DNA from: Candidatus Iainarchaeum sp.
GTDB taxonomy: Archaea > Iainarchaeota > Iainarchaeia > Iainarchaeales > UBA10219
DNA length: 64,000 bases
NCBI GenBank assembly: GCA_018304425.1
Contig: JAGVWE010000002.1
Span: forward strand, 64,001 to 128,000
Reading direction: 5' to 3'
The position numbers and the translations under genes were made by a program. Below are positions 1 through 9,359 of this stretch, one piece after another. The notes beneath the pieces are model-generated. The model did no database searches. It was not told where the DNA came from and was given only the letters and a program-made list of their open reading frames with translations. The stretch's first letter is position 1; each line of letters begins with the position of its first letter.

Positions 1-735
1 GCACTTGTTGATTTCCTCCGGCGAAAACGCGCCCTCGCCTCCCTTCTGGAAAGCCGAGATGAAGTCGTCCTCGGTGGTGGTCACGGAAAACCGCGCGTCC
101 AACGCCTTTTCCTCGGCCAGGCTGGGGTCCACGACCACGCTGTTCCCCACCTTGACGAATGTGCACATGACCGGCTTGCGCGCCAGCTTGAGCTTGCCCG
201 CGAACTCTCCCTTCACCGGCTTGTCCTTGTCGTCCAGCTTCGGGATTTTCGTGTCCTGCAAGGCAATCAACGCGGCCAAGGCACAGGCGTCGAAGAGGTT
301 GCCGTCGAAGTTCAAGACATAGATGTCGATGAACACGACCCAAACCAGCTCGCCCTCGCGGATGCAGAGGCTCTTGAAATCCAGGCAATTGGACTCGCGG
401 ATGCCGCGGTCCACGACCCTGGAAAGCTCGATGGAGCCCTCCCGGGGCGGCCCGGCCTCGAAAGTCGGGTCAGCCAACGCCAAGAGCTCCGCACCCACGC
501 TGATGGTGCCCGCGTCCGGCGTGTCCGGGAACGGTTCCCCGGGAATCATCTTGATGCCGGCGACGACATCCGTCTGGCCGAGCTTGATGCGGCAAATCCC
601 GTCCGCGTTCTCGCTCACGTTCTTGATGACCTGCACAGGCCGGTATTCATCGAACTTCCGGCCATCGCTTCGCTTGCCCTCCCGGAGGGTGGCAAGCACC
701 TTGTCCGCACTCAAATTCCACAAAATCTGGCTCAT
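1..735 (-). CDS. rrp42: Exosome complex component Rrp42 (partial, runs off window start)
   Basis: Manual translation from ATG at 735 (ATGA overlap with rrp41 stop): MSQILWNL...GKRSDGRKFDEYR...PFPDTPDAG...FEAGPP...ELSRVVDRGIRES...VFIDIYVLNFDGNLFDA; RNase PH fold, position after rrp41. Confidence 0.95.
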   Translation of the reverse strand, partial: MSQILWNLSADKVLATLREGKRSDGRKFDEYRPVQVIKNVSENADGICRIKLGQTDVVAGIKMIPGEPFPDTPDAGTISVGAELLALADPTFEAGPPREGSIELSRVVDRGIRESNCLDFKSLCIREGELVWVVFIDIYVLNFDGNLFDACALAALIALQDTKIPKLDDKDKPVKGEFAGKLKLARKPVMCTFVKVGNSVVVDPSLAEEKALDARFSVTTTEDDFISAFQKGGEGAFSPEEINKC

Positions 736-1526
736 TCCACAACACCTTCTTCCGCCGCCCGGGCACCGGCTTCCATGTCGCCGCTATTGCCTTCCACGGC
801 ATACTTTTTCTTCAACGCTTCCTTCTGCAACTCGTACACTTTTTTCACGTGCTGGAACGCGAGTTTCTGGGATTCCTCCCACTCCTTCTGCGTCATCAAG
901 CCATCCAACTGCAGCAAGACCACCTCGCCGAGGTTGGGCAGGATGGCCATGGGGATGTCCACCGCGTCCGGGGCGTCCTCTTCGGCCTTGTTGAGGTCCA
1001 CCAGCAGATGGCCTCCCGCCTTGCCGACGCCGATGCCCGCGACCAAGTCCCTCATCGGGATGCCCGCGTCCGCCAGCGCCACGGATGCAGCCGTCAAGGC
1101 CGCGACCCGCGTGCCCGCGTTGCTGTCCAGGATTTCCACGTCCACGTCGATGGCCGTGTTCGGAAACCGCTCCAGGAAAATCGCACGCGCCAAAGCCTCT
1201 CCCGAGACCTTCGAAATCTCGATCTCGCGGCGGCCCGGCTTCGGGTTCTTCCGGTCAGGCACCGAAAAGGCAGCCATCCTGTAGGTGTAGCGCACGATGG
1301 CCTTATAGGGGTTAGCCAGGTGCTTGGGCAGGCACTCCCTTGGCCCGTAAACGCTGGCCAAGACCTTGTTCTGCCCCCACTCCACGTACGCGGAACCGTC
1401 CGCACGCGGGATGACTCCCACTTCGACCTTTATCTTCCGCAACTCGTCCGCCTTGCGGCCGTCAAGCCGCTTGCCTGACTTGTCCACATAGGTCACTGTT
1501 TCTTCGCTTCCAGTTTTTTTCGCCAT
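732..1526 (-). CDS. rrp41: Exosome complex exonuclease Rrp41
   Basis: RLDGRKADELR, ADGSAYVEWG, VYGPRE, RREIEISKV, AGTRVA motifs; superoperon context. Confidence 0.97.
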   Translation of the reverse strand: MAKKTGSEETVTYVDKSGKRLDGRKADELRKIKVEVGVIPRADGSAYVEWGQNKVLASVYGPRECLPKHLANPYKAIVRYTYRMAAFSVPDRKNPKPGRREIEISKVSGEALARAIFLERFPNTAIDVDVEILDSNAGTRVAALTAASVALADAGIPMRDLVAGIGVGKAGGHLLVDLNKAEEDAPDAVDIPMAILPNLGEVVLLQLDGLMTQKEWEESQKLAFQHVKKVYELQKEALKKKYAVEGNSGDMEAGARAAEEGVVE

Positions 1527-1551
1527 AAACCATTCACATCCTTTTCAAGCA

Positions 1552-2217
1552 TCACGCGTACTTCGCGGCCTCGGCCTTCCTGCCCTCTTCGCGCAGGAAA
1601 GAAGTCACGCGGTCCGTCAGGTTATCCAAATGGGCTTCGCGTTCAATGATTTCAACGGCCTTGATGGCCAGGCCCACGTTCGAGCCCTTCAACCAGATCC
1701 GGCCGTTCCTGCCCACGAGCATCGAGCAACCCGTGCCCCGCTTCAACACTTCCAGCATCGAGCCGTTCCGGCCGATGACGCGCGGGATCTTCACCGGGCT
1801 CACCGAAATGAGGTCGCCCCCGTAAAACACGCGGGACTGCTCGAGTTCGAGCTCGTTCATTTCGTTGACGTGCGCCACCTTCGCCGAGACGATGGTGCCC
1901 GGTTTCAGGTTCTCCGGCAGCTCCTTCTTGGAGACGAAGGCCGGGTAAAAGTGGTTGACGTCCGTGGTATAGCCCGCGAACTTCTCCGAAATCAACACCC
2001 CGACAACCAGGTCCCCCGCCTGCGCGACGTACTTGCCTTCCAGGGGAACCACGCTTGCCGAGTCGCCGTCGATGCGGGCCATGCCCAGGCAATCCGAGTA
2101 AATCCTTCCCTGGTGGAGGTATACGTGCTGTCCGAGCTTCTTCCTCTCCTCGGTCACGACTTCCCCGGGGACCACGACTATTTTCGCATTGTTTTCATTC
2201 AATCCAATCACTTCCAC
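1552..2217 (-). CDS. rrp4: Exosome RNA-binding protein Rrp4 (S1+KH)
   Basis: VVVPGE, VVPLEGKY...GDLVVG, KH motif PRVIGRNGSM, GRNGRIW. Confidence 0.93.
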   Translation of the reverse strand: MEVIGLNENNAKIVVVPGEVVTEERKKLGQHVYLHQGRIYSDCLGMARIDGDSASVVPLEGKYVAQAGDLVVGVLISEKFAGYTTDVNHFYPAFVSKKELPENLKPGTIVSAKVAHVNEMNELELEQSRVFYGGDLISVSPVKIPRVIGRNGSMLEVLKRGTGCSMLVGRNGRIWLKGSNVGLAIKAVEIIEREAHLDNLTDRVTSFLREEGRKAEAAKYA

Positions 2218-2915
2218 TACTTGGTTTCAACCAGTTTCGATTCGACGCTTCCATGCGTCAAATGATTCAATTCATTGAAGAGGTCCTGCTTCAATCCAGC
2301 GGGAACCTCCACCAATGCAATCAAAGAACCGTCATTCTGCCATTCCTCTTTCTTCAAATCATACTTGTGGAGCACGGCCGTGGCCTTCCCCGCGTACAGG
2401 GCGGGAACCCTGACCGCGACCCGCAACTGTTCCATGGAAATCGGGATGAGCCTCCGGATTTCCTTGAGGATGCCCGGAACCTGTTCCTGGGAGGACTTGT
2501 TCAAGTCCACCTGGATCCTGGCCTCCTCCATGGCCAACGCGATGCGCTGCGGGGGATGCGGGGCCTGCGTCTGCGGGTTCACCGCGTTCCGGGCGATGAA
2601 CTGGATGACTTCCGCCTTCCGCTTTTCCAGCATTTCCCTGCGTTGCTGCGTCGTTAACTGTACTTCTCCCTCCCGGACAATGCGCTCCACGACCGTTTTG
2701 AGGTCGCTGGTGCCGAAGACCGCCTTGATGCGTTCCTCGCTTTTCACGTCCCCCTTGTGGGCGTCCTTGAACACCGAGTCGATGACAAGCAAGTCCTCGA
2801 TGGCGACTTTCCCGCCATGCTTCAATTCCATGGCCAGGTTCGGGTCCACTAACAACTCGAACCGCTCGCCCGCGTGCTCATACCTTGCGATTACCGCGTC
2901 TTCCAATTTAACCAT
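2217..2915 (-). CDS. Ribosome assembly factor SBDS/Sdo1
   Basis: GERFELLVDP, GEVQLTTQQRR, NPQTQAPHPPQRI motifs; canonical position between psmA and rrp4. Confidence 0.96.
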   Translation of the reverse strand: MVKLEDAVIARYEHAGERFELLVDPNLAMELKHGGKVAIEDLLVIDSVFKDAHKGDVKSEERIKAVFGTSDLKTVVERIVREGEVQLTTQQRREMLEKRKAEVIQFIARNAVNPQTQAPHPPQRIALAMEEARIQVDLNKSSQEQVPGILKEIRRLIPISMEQLRVAVRVPALYAGKATAVLHKYDLKKEEWQNDGSLIALVEVPAGLKQDLFNELNHLTHGSVESKLVETK

Positions 2916-2945
2916 GCAAATGCCTTGGGCTCGAACCCAATCAAT

Positions 2946-3674
2946 TCACTTTGCCGAAGTCCCCAAATAAGACTTGAGCTTGTCATTGGGTATCCGCGTG
3001 AACACCCGCTTCGAGTCAATGAAAGCGAACTCGACGCGTTTCAGGTCGAGCTTCTCCTTCTCGCCGAGGCTGCCCTCGATGGCCTTCAACAACAACTTCA
3101 TGCCGTCCTCCAAGGAAATGTCTTCCTTGTACTCCTTTTCCAGGATTTCCATGGCCTTGGCCTTGCCCTTCCCGATGGCAATGGCCTGGTACTCGGCCAG
3201 GGCACCGGATGGCTCGGTCTCGAACAACCGCTTGCCCGAATTGTCCACGCCCCCCACGATGAACGAGATGCCAAAGGGCCGCATGCCCCCGTACTGGGTG
3301 AACAACTGCATGATGTTGGAAATGTCTTTCACCAGGGTCTCGAGCTGAATGGATTCCTCGTAGTACATCTGGTTTTCCTGGGCCTTTCCCCGGGCAATGC
3401 CCACCAGCCTCCGCGCGTCCCCCACGAGGCCCGCGGAAACCACGGCAATGTGCTTGTCCACGACGAACATCTTCTCAATGCTGTCCGGGAGGAGCAGCCT
3501 GCTGGGCACCTTCTTCTCGGCCCCGAACAAGACGCCGTCCTTGTACTTCAAGGCCACGCCAATGGTGCCCTGGCTCACGATCTTGGACGCGTACTCCACC
3601 TGGTAGAGCCTACCGTCCGGACTGAACATCGTGGCCACGCGGTCATACTGACTGGACTGTGAAACCGGATACAA
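2946..3674 (-). CDS. psmA: Proteasome subunit alpha
   Basis: YDRVATMFSPDGRLYQVEYA, GLVGDAR, TQYGGMRPFG; TTG start at 3674 preceded by GAGGTG SD. Confidence 0.97.
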   Translation of the reverse strand: MYPVSQSSQYDRVATMFSPDGRLYQVEYASKIVSQGTIGVALKYKDGVLFGAEKKVPSRLLLPDSIEKMFVVDKHIAVVSAGLVGDARRLVGIARGKAQENQMYYEESIQLETLVKDISNIMQLFTQYGGMRPFGISFIVGGVDNSGKRLFETEPSGALAEYQAIAIGKGKAKAMEILEKEYKEDISLEDGMKLLLKAIEGSLGEKEKLDLKRVEFAFIDSKRVFTRIPNDKLKSYLGTSAK

Positions 3675-3798
3675 GCAAAAACACCTCTCAAAAAGGCTCC
3701 CAATTACCCTTAAACTATCTATTATAACTGTGATAGGTTTTAAATGGTTTCCATGGCCTGCGCCAAGAGAATGGCGCAATCAAGGCAATGGACGGCTT

Positions 3799-4209
3799 TT
3801 AACACGCGTTGACGCTGGGCTCGCAGTAGGCGTCCTGGCAGGCAAACAACTGGCACGATGTGTTGAGGCTCGCGCAGTCCCTGTCCGCGGAACAGGACTT
3901 CCGGTAACCGGTTGCCAGGCCAGCGGCCGGCAAGCCAAAGCCCTCCCCCAAGGGGTTGTCCGACAAGATGTAGGGGCTGTTCTCGTTCATGGGCCCCAGG
4001 GGAACCCGTTGCTGCACGTCACCCGATGGAACCGGGCTTGGCCCTGGCCCCTGCACCTGCTGGGGCGCCTGCGGCGGCTGGGCTTGGGGGGACGCCGGCA
4101 CCGGCTTGCCCCCCACAGGGGGCTTGGGGGCATCCTGTTGGAGTTGCACGCAACCTGCCAAGGACGCCAAGACCAGCAACGAAACCACGAGGAAACCAGT
4201 CACGCGCAT
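3799..4209 (-). CDS. Putative lipoprotein with Pro/Gln linker and six-Cys C-terminal module
   Basis: MRVTGFLVVSLLVLASLAGC lipobox-like signal; CSADRDC-x6-C-x4-C-x4-C-x6-C. Confidence 0.7.
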   Translation of the reverse strand: MRVTGFLVVSLLVLASLAGCVQLQQDAPKPPVGGKPVPASPQAQPPQAPQQVQGPGPSPVPSGDVQQRVPLGPMNENSPYILSDNPLGEGFGLPAAGLATGYRKSCSADRDCASLNTSCQLFACQDAYCEPSVNAC

Positions 4210-4294
4210 GCATAGAATAGGGGCCGAGGAGTTATTTAAGGGTTTGGGAATGGCACGGAAAAGGTTAATTAAGGTGGGCGGCAACAATTCTGGT

Positions 4295-5005
4295 ATGGCC
4301 TACACGCACCTCGACCGCGCCGTCAAGCGCGTGCGACGGGGAAAGAACCCGGCCACGCCGCGGCTGGCGCGAAGAGCCGTGTTTGCCTTGGGCAAGCGGG
4401 GCCGCCAGGCCGAAGCCAAGTGGCACCGGCGCGTGGCCTGGTACGCGGACCAATCCATTCAAAGACTGCAGAGCGCCCGAGCGGACATTATCGCTGGCAG
4501 GTATTTACCGAGACTGTTGTCGACCGTCTTGTCTCCCCGCCACCACCGCAAGCCGCATGCCAAGCAGTTCGTGGCGCGCATGGCCGGCACGGTGGCAGCC
4601 TCAACCGGCAGCGTGGCAGGCGGCTATGCCACGGGCTCGGTCTGGGGTTTGCTGGCGGGAATTGGGGTCGGCTTCGCCTTGGGAGCGACCGGCATCCGGC
4701 GTGCAACCAACCGCAGGCTGCCCCGGGACGCTCGACTGGTGCAGGCAGTCGATGAATTCCTGCTGGAAGGAGGCTTCTGGTGCCATGGCAGGGGAGACAC
4801 GTGGGTCAACGCCAGCAAAAACGGGGAATACTCCGTGGAATCAACGGGCAAACGATTTGTAAGCGAAGTCAAGGCAAGCAACCGACAGCGGGTGGAGGAA
4901 TTGCTGGCCCTGCTCAGAAAAGTCCGAAAAGCCCATTACGACGCGATGCTCGGCGCCGAAGCAAGGCTGGCCGAAAAAAACCCGGAAGTCCCTGACGGCA
5001 CGTAG
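4295..5005 (+). CDS. Orphan basic protein with Gly/Ala-rich transmembrane hairpin (paralog A)
   Basis: ATG 4295 about 25 nt after a TTAATTAA box; Arg-rich N-terminus; GSVAGG...GLLAGIGVGFALG hairpin. Confidence 0.7.
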   Translation: MAYTHLDRAVKRVRRGKNPATPRLARRAVFALGKRGRQAEAKWHRRVAWYADQSIQRLQSARADIIAGRYLPRLLSTVLSPRHHRKPHAKQFVARMAGTVAASTGSVAGGYATGSVWGLLAGIGVGFALGATGIRRATNRRLPRDARLVQAVDEFLLEGGFWCHGRGDTWVNASKNGEYSVESTGKRFVSEVKASNRQRVEELLALLRKVRKAHYDAMLGAEARLAEKNPEVPDGT

Positions 5006-5072
5006 TCAGGGCTTGACTTCCTGGTTCTCCAAAACCCAATAATTAAATACAACAAATGCACAAGGCATATTC

Positions 5073-5723
5073 ATGGGAGCCCTCAGACGCGCAATCGAAA
5101 GGGTGGAGAAAAAGAAGCCCATCCAAGGGCGGCCCAAATTCGACAAGGCCACGCGGTTCCGCATCTGGCGGACGGGAAAGTGGCTCCGCAAGCGGAGGAA
5201 ACTCGCCGAGGACTGCCGCATCGCCTTGCAACTCTTGAAGGAAAACGACGGGAACCTGGCCAGGGGCCAGCGCAGGCGGAAGGAAGGCAAACCCACGCTC
5301 AAGAAAAGGGTTCTATCCGAACGCCTCGGGTGGGCCGCCCTCGGCACAGTGGTCGGCGGTTTTGTCGGCGTGCTAACCAGCACGGTAGCAATGGGCAATG
5401 CGGTTATTCCCTATAACTCTGCGCCTTCCTGGGGCATTGCAGGCGGGATGGCGGCCGCGGGCGCGGCGGCCTCCCCATTGTTCAGGCCCCGAGAAACCAA
5501 GGTGATGGTCGACCTGCACAATCTCTTGAGGAGCAAACGCTTGAATGTTACGACGTACGGAGAACGGCTGCCGGCGGACCAGGTAGAAGCTAACAGGCGG
5601 GTAATCAGTGAAGTAAGAAGGAAAATCGAGGCCCTGCAGCAACTGAATGCCCACGAAATCGAGACCCTGGACAACTACCTGAGCACGGCACGCACAACCG
5701 GGCGGATTGGAGTCAAGGCTTGA
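5073..5723 (+). CDS. Orphan basic protein with Gly/Ala-rich transmembrane hairpin (paralog B)
   Basis: Lys/Arg-rich N-terminus; LGTVVGGFVG...GIAGGMAAAGAAA; same architecture as upstream gene. Confidence 0.72.
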   Translation: MGALRRAIERVEKKKPIQGRPKFDKATRFRIWRTGKWLRKRRKLAEDCRIALQLLKENDGNLARGQRRRKEGKPTLKKRVLSERLGWAALGTVVGGFVGVLTSTVAMGNAVIPYNSAPSWGIAGGMAAAGAAASPLFRPRETKVMVDLHNLLRSKRLNVTTYGERLPADQVEANRRVISEVRRKIEALQQLNAHEIETLDNYLSTARTTGRIGVKA

Positions 5724-6057
5724 CCTTTCCGATGCTGCCGCTCACGCCCAAGAGCTTGGGGATGACGGGTTTGCCGTCCACTTGCTTGACGAACAACAAC
5801 CCGGCCTTGACTTCGTCGAGGTGTTCGAGCGCACAGCGCACCACGCCCACGCTTTTCTTCGAGTCAAAGCCCATGAGCCACAGCTTTTGGCGCGCGGTGC
5901 CGACCTCGCCATAGAGGTGGAGGAAGGTCTCCCACACCGCGTGGCCGACGTCGGGCTCGGAAAGCCGTTCCTTGGCCGAGAGGCTGAAGGAAACATAGCG
6001 CTTCTTTCCCCGGTAGGAAGCCGGAATCGGGTTCATGGACTGCTTGGCGTTCTTCAT
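5713..6057 (-). CDS. rnp2: RNase P protein component 2 (Pop5/Rpp14)
   Basis: PASYRGKKRYVSF, LYGEVG, GVVRC, LGVSGSI motifs; start may be 6036. Confidence 0.92.
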   Translation of the reverse strand: MKNAKQSMNPIPASYRGKKRYVSFSLSAKERLSEPDVGHAVWETFLHLYGEVGTARQKLWLMGFDSKKSVGVVRCALEHLDEVKAGLLFVKQVDGKPVIPKLLGVSGSIGKVKP

Positions 6058-6155
6058 TGCACCAAGCTAGCGCCAATAGGGCTAAAAACCGTGTGATTGC
6101 CAGTGAAGGCATGGAAGCCCGGCGTGTTATGGTTGACAGGGCATTCCCGCAGGGC

Positions 6156-6711
6156 CTAGTGGAGTTTGCCATAGACCGGGTTCCCGAAGCGGCCGTCCTC
6201 GACTTGTCGCTTGAGGAATTGCAAAAAAAGCCCGTGGAAAAATTCGTAGTGGGCTCTTTCGGGCTTGTTTAGGCAGCCCTTTCGCACAAATTCCAAAAAA
6301 TAGGGCGCGATTGCGTCCCGCTTTTCCCCGCTGGCAGCGACGGCTTGTCCGAAGGTGAATTGCCTGGAGTCAATTTTCGCGGCCAACTTCAGCAATACGG
6401 ACTTGGCCTTGGGTGAAAGGGGGTGGAACATGGGATAGAAGAAATCCTTGTCCAACTCCTTTGCAATTTTGAATGTTGTTCTCGTAATTCGACATCCTGA
6501 AAACTAGGCAACCATGATTTTTCGCAATCTGCTCCATTTTTACCAGCAAGGATGTTTTCCCCATTCCACGATTGCCCGTGATGCTCATGTTCATTGGCGA
6601 GCCATTCGTCGTCTGAAGCAGCCAACGCTCGAATTGATCCAGTTCCGCTTCTCTTCCGACAAAGAATTGGGGTCGAGCAGGGATTTGCGGATTAAAGGGA
6701 TTGATGCGCAT
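6156..6711 (-). pseudogene. Internally deleted and frameshifted AAA+ ATPase / winged-helix protein
   Basis: Frame 1: NPFNP...FVGREAEL...Walker A GNRGMGKTS, ends before any Walker B; frame 2 resumes ELDKDFF...LSPKAK...C-terminal wHTH-like region; junction near 6465-6475. Confidence 0.75.
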
Positions 6712-6765
6712 ATATGTTTATAATTTTAGTAATGTTTATATTTTTTACTAACTTCATAAACTTCC

Positions 6766-7326
6766 TTACTTCTCGGCCTCCAGTGCCTTCAATTCCGGGG
6801 ATTCCCCAATCAAGTCAAAGATTTCGCGCTCGAGGGCCTTGACGAGGGGCAGGCAGGCCCGGATTTTGGCGGCCTCATGCGGGTTTCCGGCGCCATAGCG
6901 GGCGGCAAGGTCTTCGAGGCGTTCCTCGACCGAGACCAGTTGGTCGTGCTGGACGCGCTTGTCCGCGTAGAAGACGAGCTTCTCCTCCCAGCCGCGGTCT
7001 GGAAAGGGCTCCAAGATGGAATACAGGCCGTGGCGCGCACAGATGCGGCCGAGGACGGGAAACCCGCACTCGGAGAGCACGCGCTCGACCTGCGCGTACT
7101 CGTCGCCCCCGGCCTGGATGGCGTGCACCTTCATGAGGTCGTGGAGCAACGCGGCACAGCGCACGACCTGGGGCTGGACCTGAATGCCCTTAGCACGCAG
7201 TTTTTCGGCGAGGAACCCCGCCACCCTCGAAACCAACCTGCAGTGGGCGCGCACGTTCGCCGGCAACGCGTACTCGTCCCAGAGCTTCACGCACTCGGCC
7301 TCGGATAAGCGCTTGATGCCGGTCAT
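6766..7326 (-). CDS. HD-domain (HDIG-like) metal-dependent phosphohydrolase
   Basis: H...AALLHDLMK...ARHG...VFYADKR motif set; ATGA overlap with alaX. Confidence 0.88.
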   Translation of the reverse strand: MTGIKRLSEAECVKLWDEYALPANVRAHCRLVSRVAGFLAEKLRAKGIQVQPQVVRCAALLHDLMKVHAIQAGGDEYAQVERVLSECGFPVLGRICARHGLYSILEPFPDRGWEEKLVFYADKRVQHDQLVSVEERLEDLAARYGAGNPHEAAKIRACLPLVKALEREIFDLIGESPELKALEAEK

Positions 7327-7964
7327 GCCTCCAACAACACCTCGATGCGCTCCTTTTCCTTTCCCTTGCTCTCGCGCTTGAGGTAGATGCCCCCAACCTC
7401 GGAGGCGTTGCGGACGTGCGTGCCACAGCATTCCATGGTCTTGAGGCCCTGGCACTCCCACACGAAGCGCGTGGGGTTAGCGGGGTCGCGGTAGACGCGG
7501 ATGGGCCGCGCCGCCTTGACGACCTGGTTTGCCTTGGCCTCGAACTCGGCGAGGTACGGGCGCACGTTTTCCGGCCAAAGGATGTCGAGCCGCGCCTTGT
7601 CCACGGAGACGTTGGAGCCAAAGTATTCGGGGTTGTTGAGCTTTTCTTCCATGATGACGCCGACGATGTGGCCAGCCGAATGCATGCGCATGATGCGGTA
7701 ACGCTTGGCCCAGTCGAGGACGCACTGGACTTCCTGGCCGGGCTGCAAGCCATGGTTGCCTTCGAGCGTGTGGGCAATGTCCGGGCCGTCGACGGCGACG
7801 TCGATGACGGCCTTCCCATTGATGGTGCCGCTGTCGGATTGCTGGCCGCCGGCAAAGCCGAAGAACACGGTGCGGTCCAGCCACACGCGGGGGCCCTCTA
7901 CCTTGACGACTTTCGCCGTGCACTCCTTCAGATAGGCGTCCTGCTCGAACAACTTCTCGGTCAT
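7323..7964 (-). CDS. alaX: AlaX alanyl-tRNA editing protein
   Basis: LDRTVFF..GGQQSDSG, MRMHSAGH (HxxxH), CCGTHV (CxxxH). Confidence 0.93.
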   Translation of the reverse strand: MTEKLFEQDAYLKECTAKVVKVEGPRVWLDRTVFFGFAGGQQSDSGTINGKAVIDVAVDGPDIAHTLEGNHGLQPGQEVQCVLDWAKRYRIMRMHSAGHIVGVIMEEKLNNPEYFGSNVSVDKARLDILWPENVRPYLAEFEAKANQVVKAARPIRVYRDPANPTRFVWECQGLKTMECCGTHVRNASEVGGIYLKRESKGKEKERIEVLLEA

Positions 7965-7985
7965 GGTTTCACTCCCCAAAAAAAC

Positions 7986-8594
7986 TCATTCCCCTAAAAA
8001 GAACGGCTGGAACCGCTCCACCAACCGCTTGCCCTGCGCCCGGGAGAAGCCGAGCAGGACGGCGAAGGCGGCCAGGTCCTTGACGGCGCGGAGTTCCTCG
8101 GGCTTCGAGGCCCCGCTGAAGAACAAGGCGTTGGCCTGGAACTTCTTCAACAGCTTGACGACCATGAAATAGTTTTTGAGGAGAAGGCTCCGCTTCCGCC
8201 CGTTGCAGCGCAGGAAGTCCGCGAAGGAAACCGCGACCGGCACGTTGTTCTCGGCCGAGAGGCGCGCGATGGCCGTGTCAAAGCTGAGCTTGCCGCTGTC
8301 ACAGGGCATGAACAGGAAGTCCACGCCCTTCGTCGAGACCGCGAACTTGTTGGCTTCAACAGAGCCGCCGCGCACCGCCAGGAAGTCGACCTTGCCCCGG
8401 AAGCGTTGCACGACGCGCTGGTCAGGCTGGTCGAGTACGAGGCAGAGCCTGGCCCTTGGATGGGCCTTGCGGAGGGCCTGGAAGCCGGCGTCGTCCTTGC
8501 AGGACGCGGCCAAGAGCACGCGGTCGTTGCCGAGCTCGCCAGCCAGGGAATCGAATTCCTTGCCAGCGGCGAAGACGAGGTCCACGAAGGGCAT
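7986..8594 (-). CDS. rnp3: RNase P protein component 3 (Rpp30)
   Basis: AVRGGSVEANKFA, VDFL, ARLSAENNVPV, FSGA...ELR; adjacent to rpl15e. Confidence 0.85.
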   Translation of the reverse strand: MPFVDLVFAAGKEFDSLAGELGNDRVLLAASCKDDAGFQALRKAHPRARLCLVLDQPDQRVVQRFRGKVDFLAVRGGSVEANKFAVSTKGVDFLFMPCDSGKLSFDTAIARLSAENNVPVAVSFADFLRCNGRKRSLLLKNYFMVVKLLKKFQANALFFSGASKPEELRAVKDLAAFAVLLGFSRAQGKRLVERFQPFFLGE

Positions 8595-8644
8595 GACAAG
8601 AGTAGGTAATCAACGAATTAAATAAGGTATGCCGGGTTCGGCCG

Positions 8645-9253
8645 TTAGTTGCCTTGCCGGTGGTGGGCTCTCAGGCTGGGCCGGTTCTTTTCGTAGCCAA
8701 TGCCTTTGCCGTGCAAGCCCCTGCTCCGCTTCTGGGCCGAGGTCAGGCCGCGTTCGGCGCGGTCCTTGTGTTGCTTGGCGCACACCCAGTTAAGTTCCTT
8801 GTCGGCTTTCACGGTGGGCGCAAAGGGGTCCACCAGGATGGCCTCGAAGTAAAAGTGCTGGCCGTCCTCGCCAATGTAGTAAGAGTTCAGGACTTCGCAG
8901 TTGGGGAACCGCTTGCCGGCCCGCTGCTCGGCAATGCCTTGAATGCTTTGCTTGCGCGTCAGCTTCTCGATGCCCATGCGCTTGGGCTTCCTACCCCGCT
9001 TGGGCCTGAAGTGGAGGCCGCCGCCCTTGCGGATGCGCACGCGGGCCGCGAAAACGCCTTGCTTGGCCTTGTAGCCGAGTTCGCGGGCGCGGGGGATGTT
9101 CGTAGGCTTGTCCAGGCGGACAATGGCTTCCACTGGCCTGCGAAACGAAATCAAGCGCTCGCGGTTCAGCTTCTTGTAATCGTAGGACTCATCCAGCTGT
9201 ACGCCCTTGAACTCCTTTTGGAAGGTCTCCTTCACGTGCTGCGCCAACGACAT
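8645..9253 (-). CDS. rpl15e: 50S ribosomal protein L15e
   Basis: KPTNIPRARELGYKAKQG, EVLNSYYIGEDG, RGLTSA. Confidence 0.97.
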   Translation of the reverse strand: MSLAQHVKETFQKEFKGVQLDESYDYKKLNRERLISFRRPVEAIVRLDKPTNIPRARELGYKAKQGVFAARVRIRKGGGLHFRPKRGRKPKRMGIEKLTRKQSIQGIAEQRAGKRFPNCEVLNSYYIGEDGQHFYFEAILVDPFAPTVKADKELNWVCAKQHKDRAERGLTSAQKRSRGLHGKGIGYEKNRPSLRAHHRQGN

Positions 9254-9359
9254 AAACAATCCACTAACAAAATCCGGCCAAAAGCAGGACTGGAATACAC
9301 CTAAACTGCTGGAGAAGGCTTTAAAAGGTTTGGGTGGCCGCCTCCGGCGGGCCAGGGGG

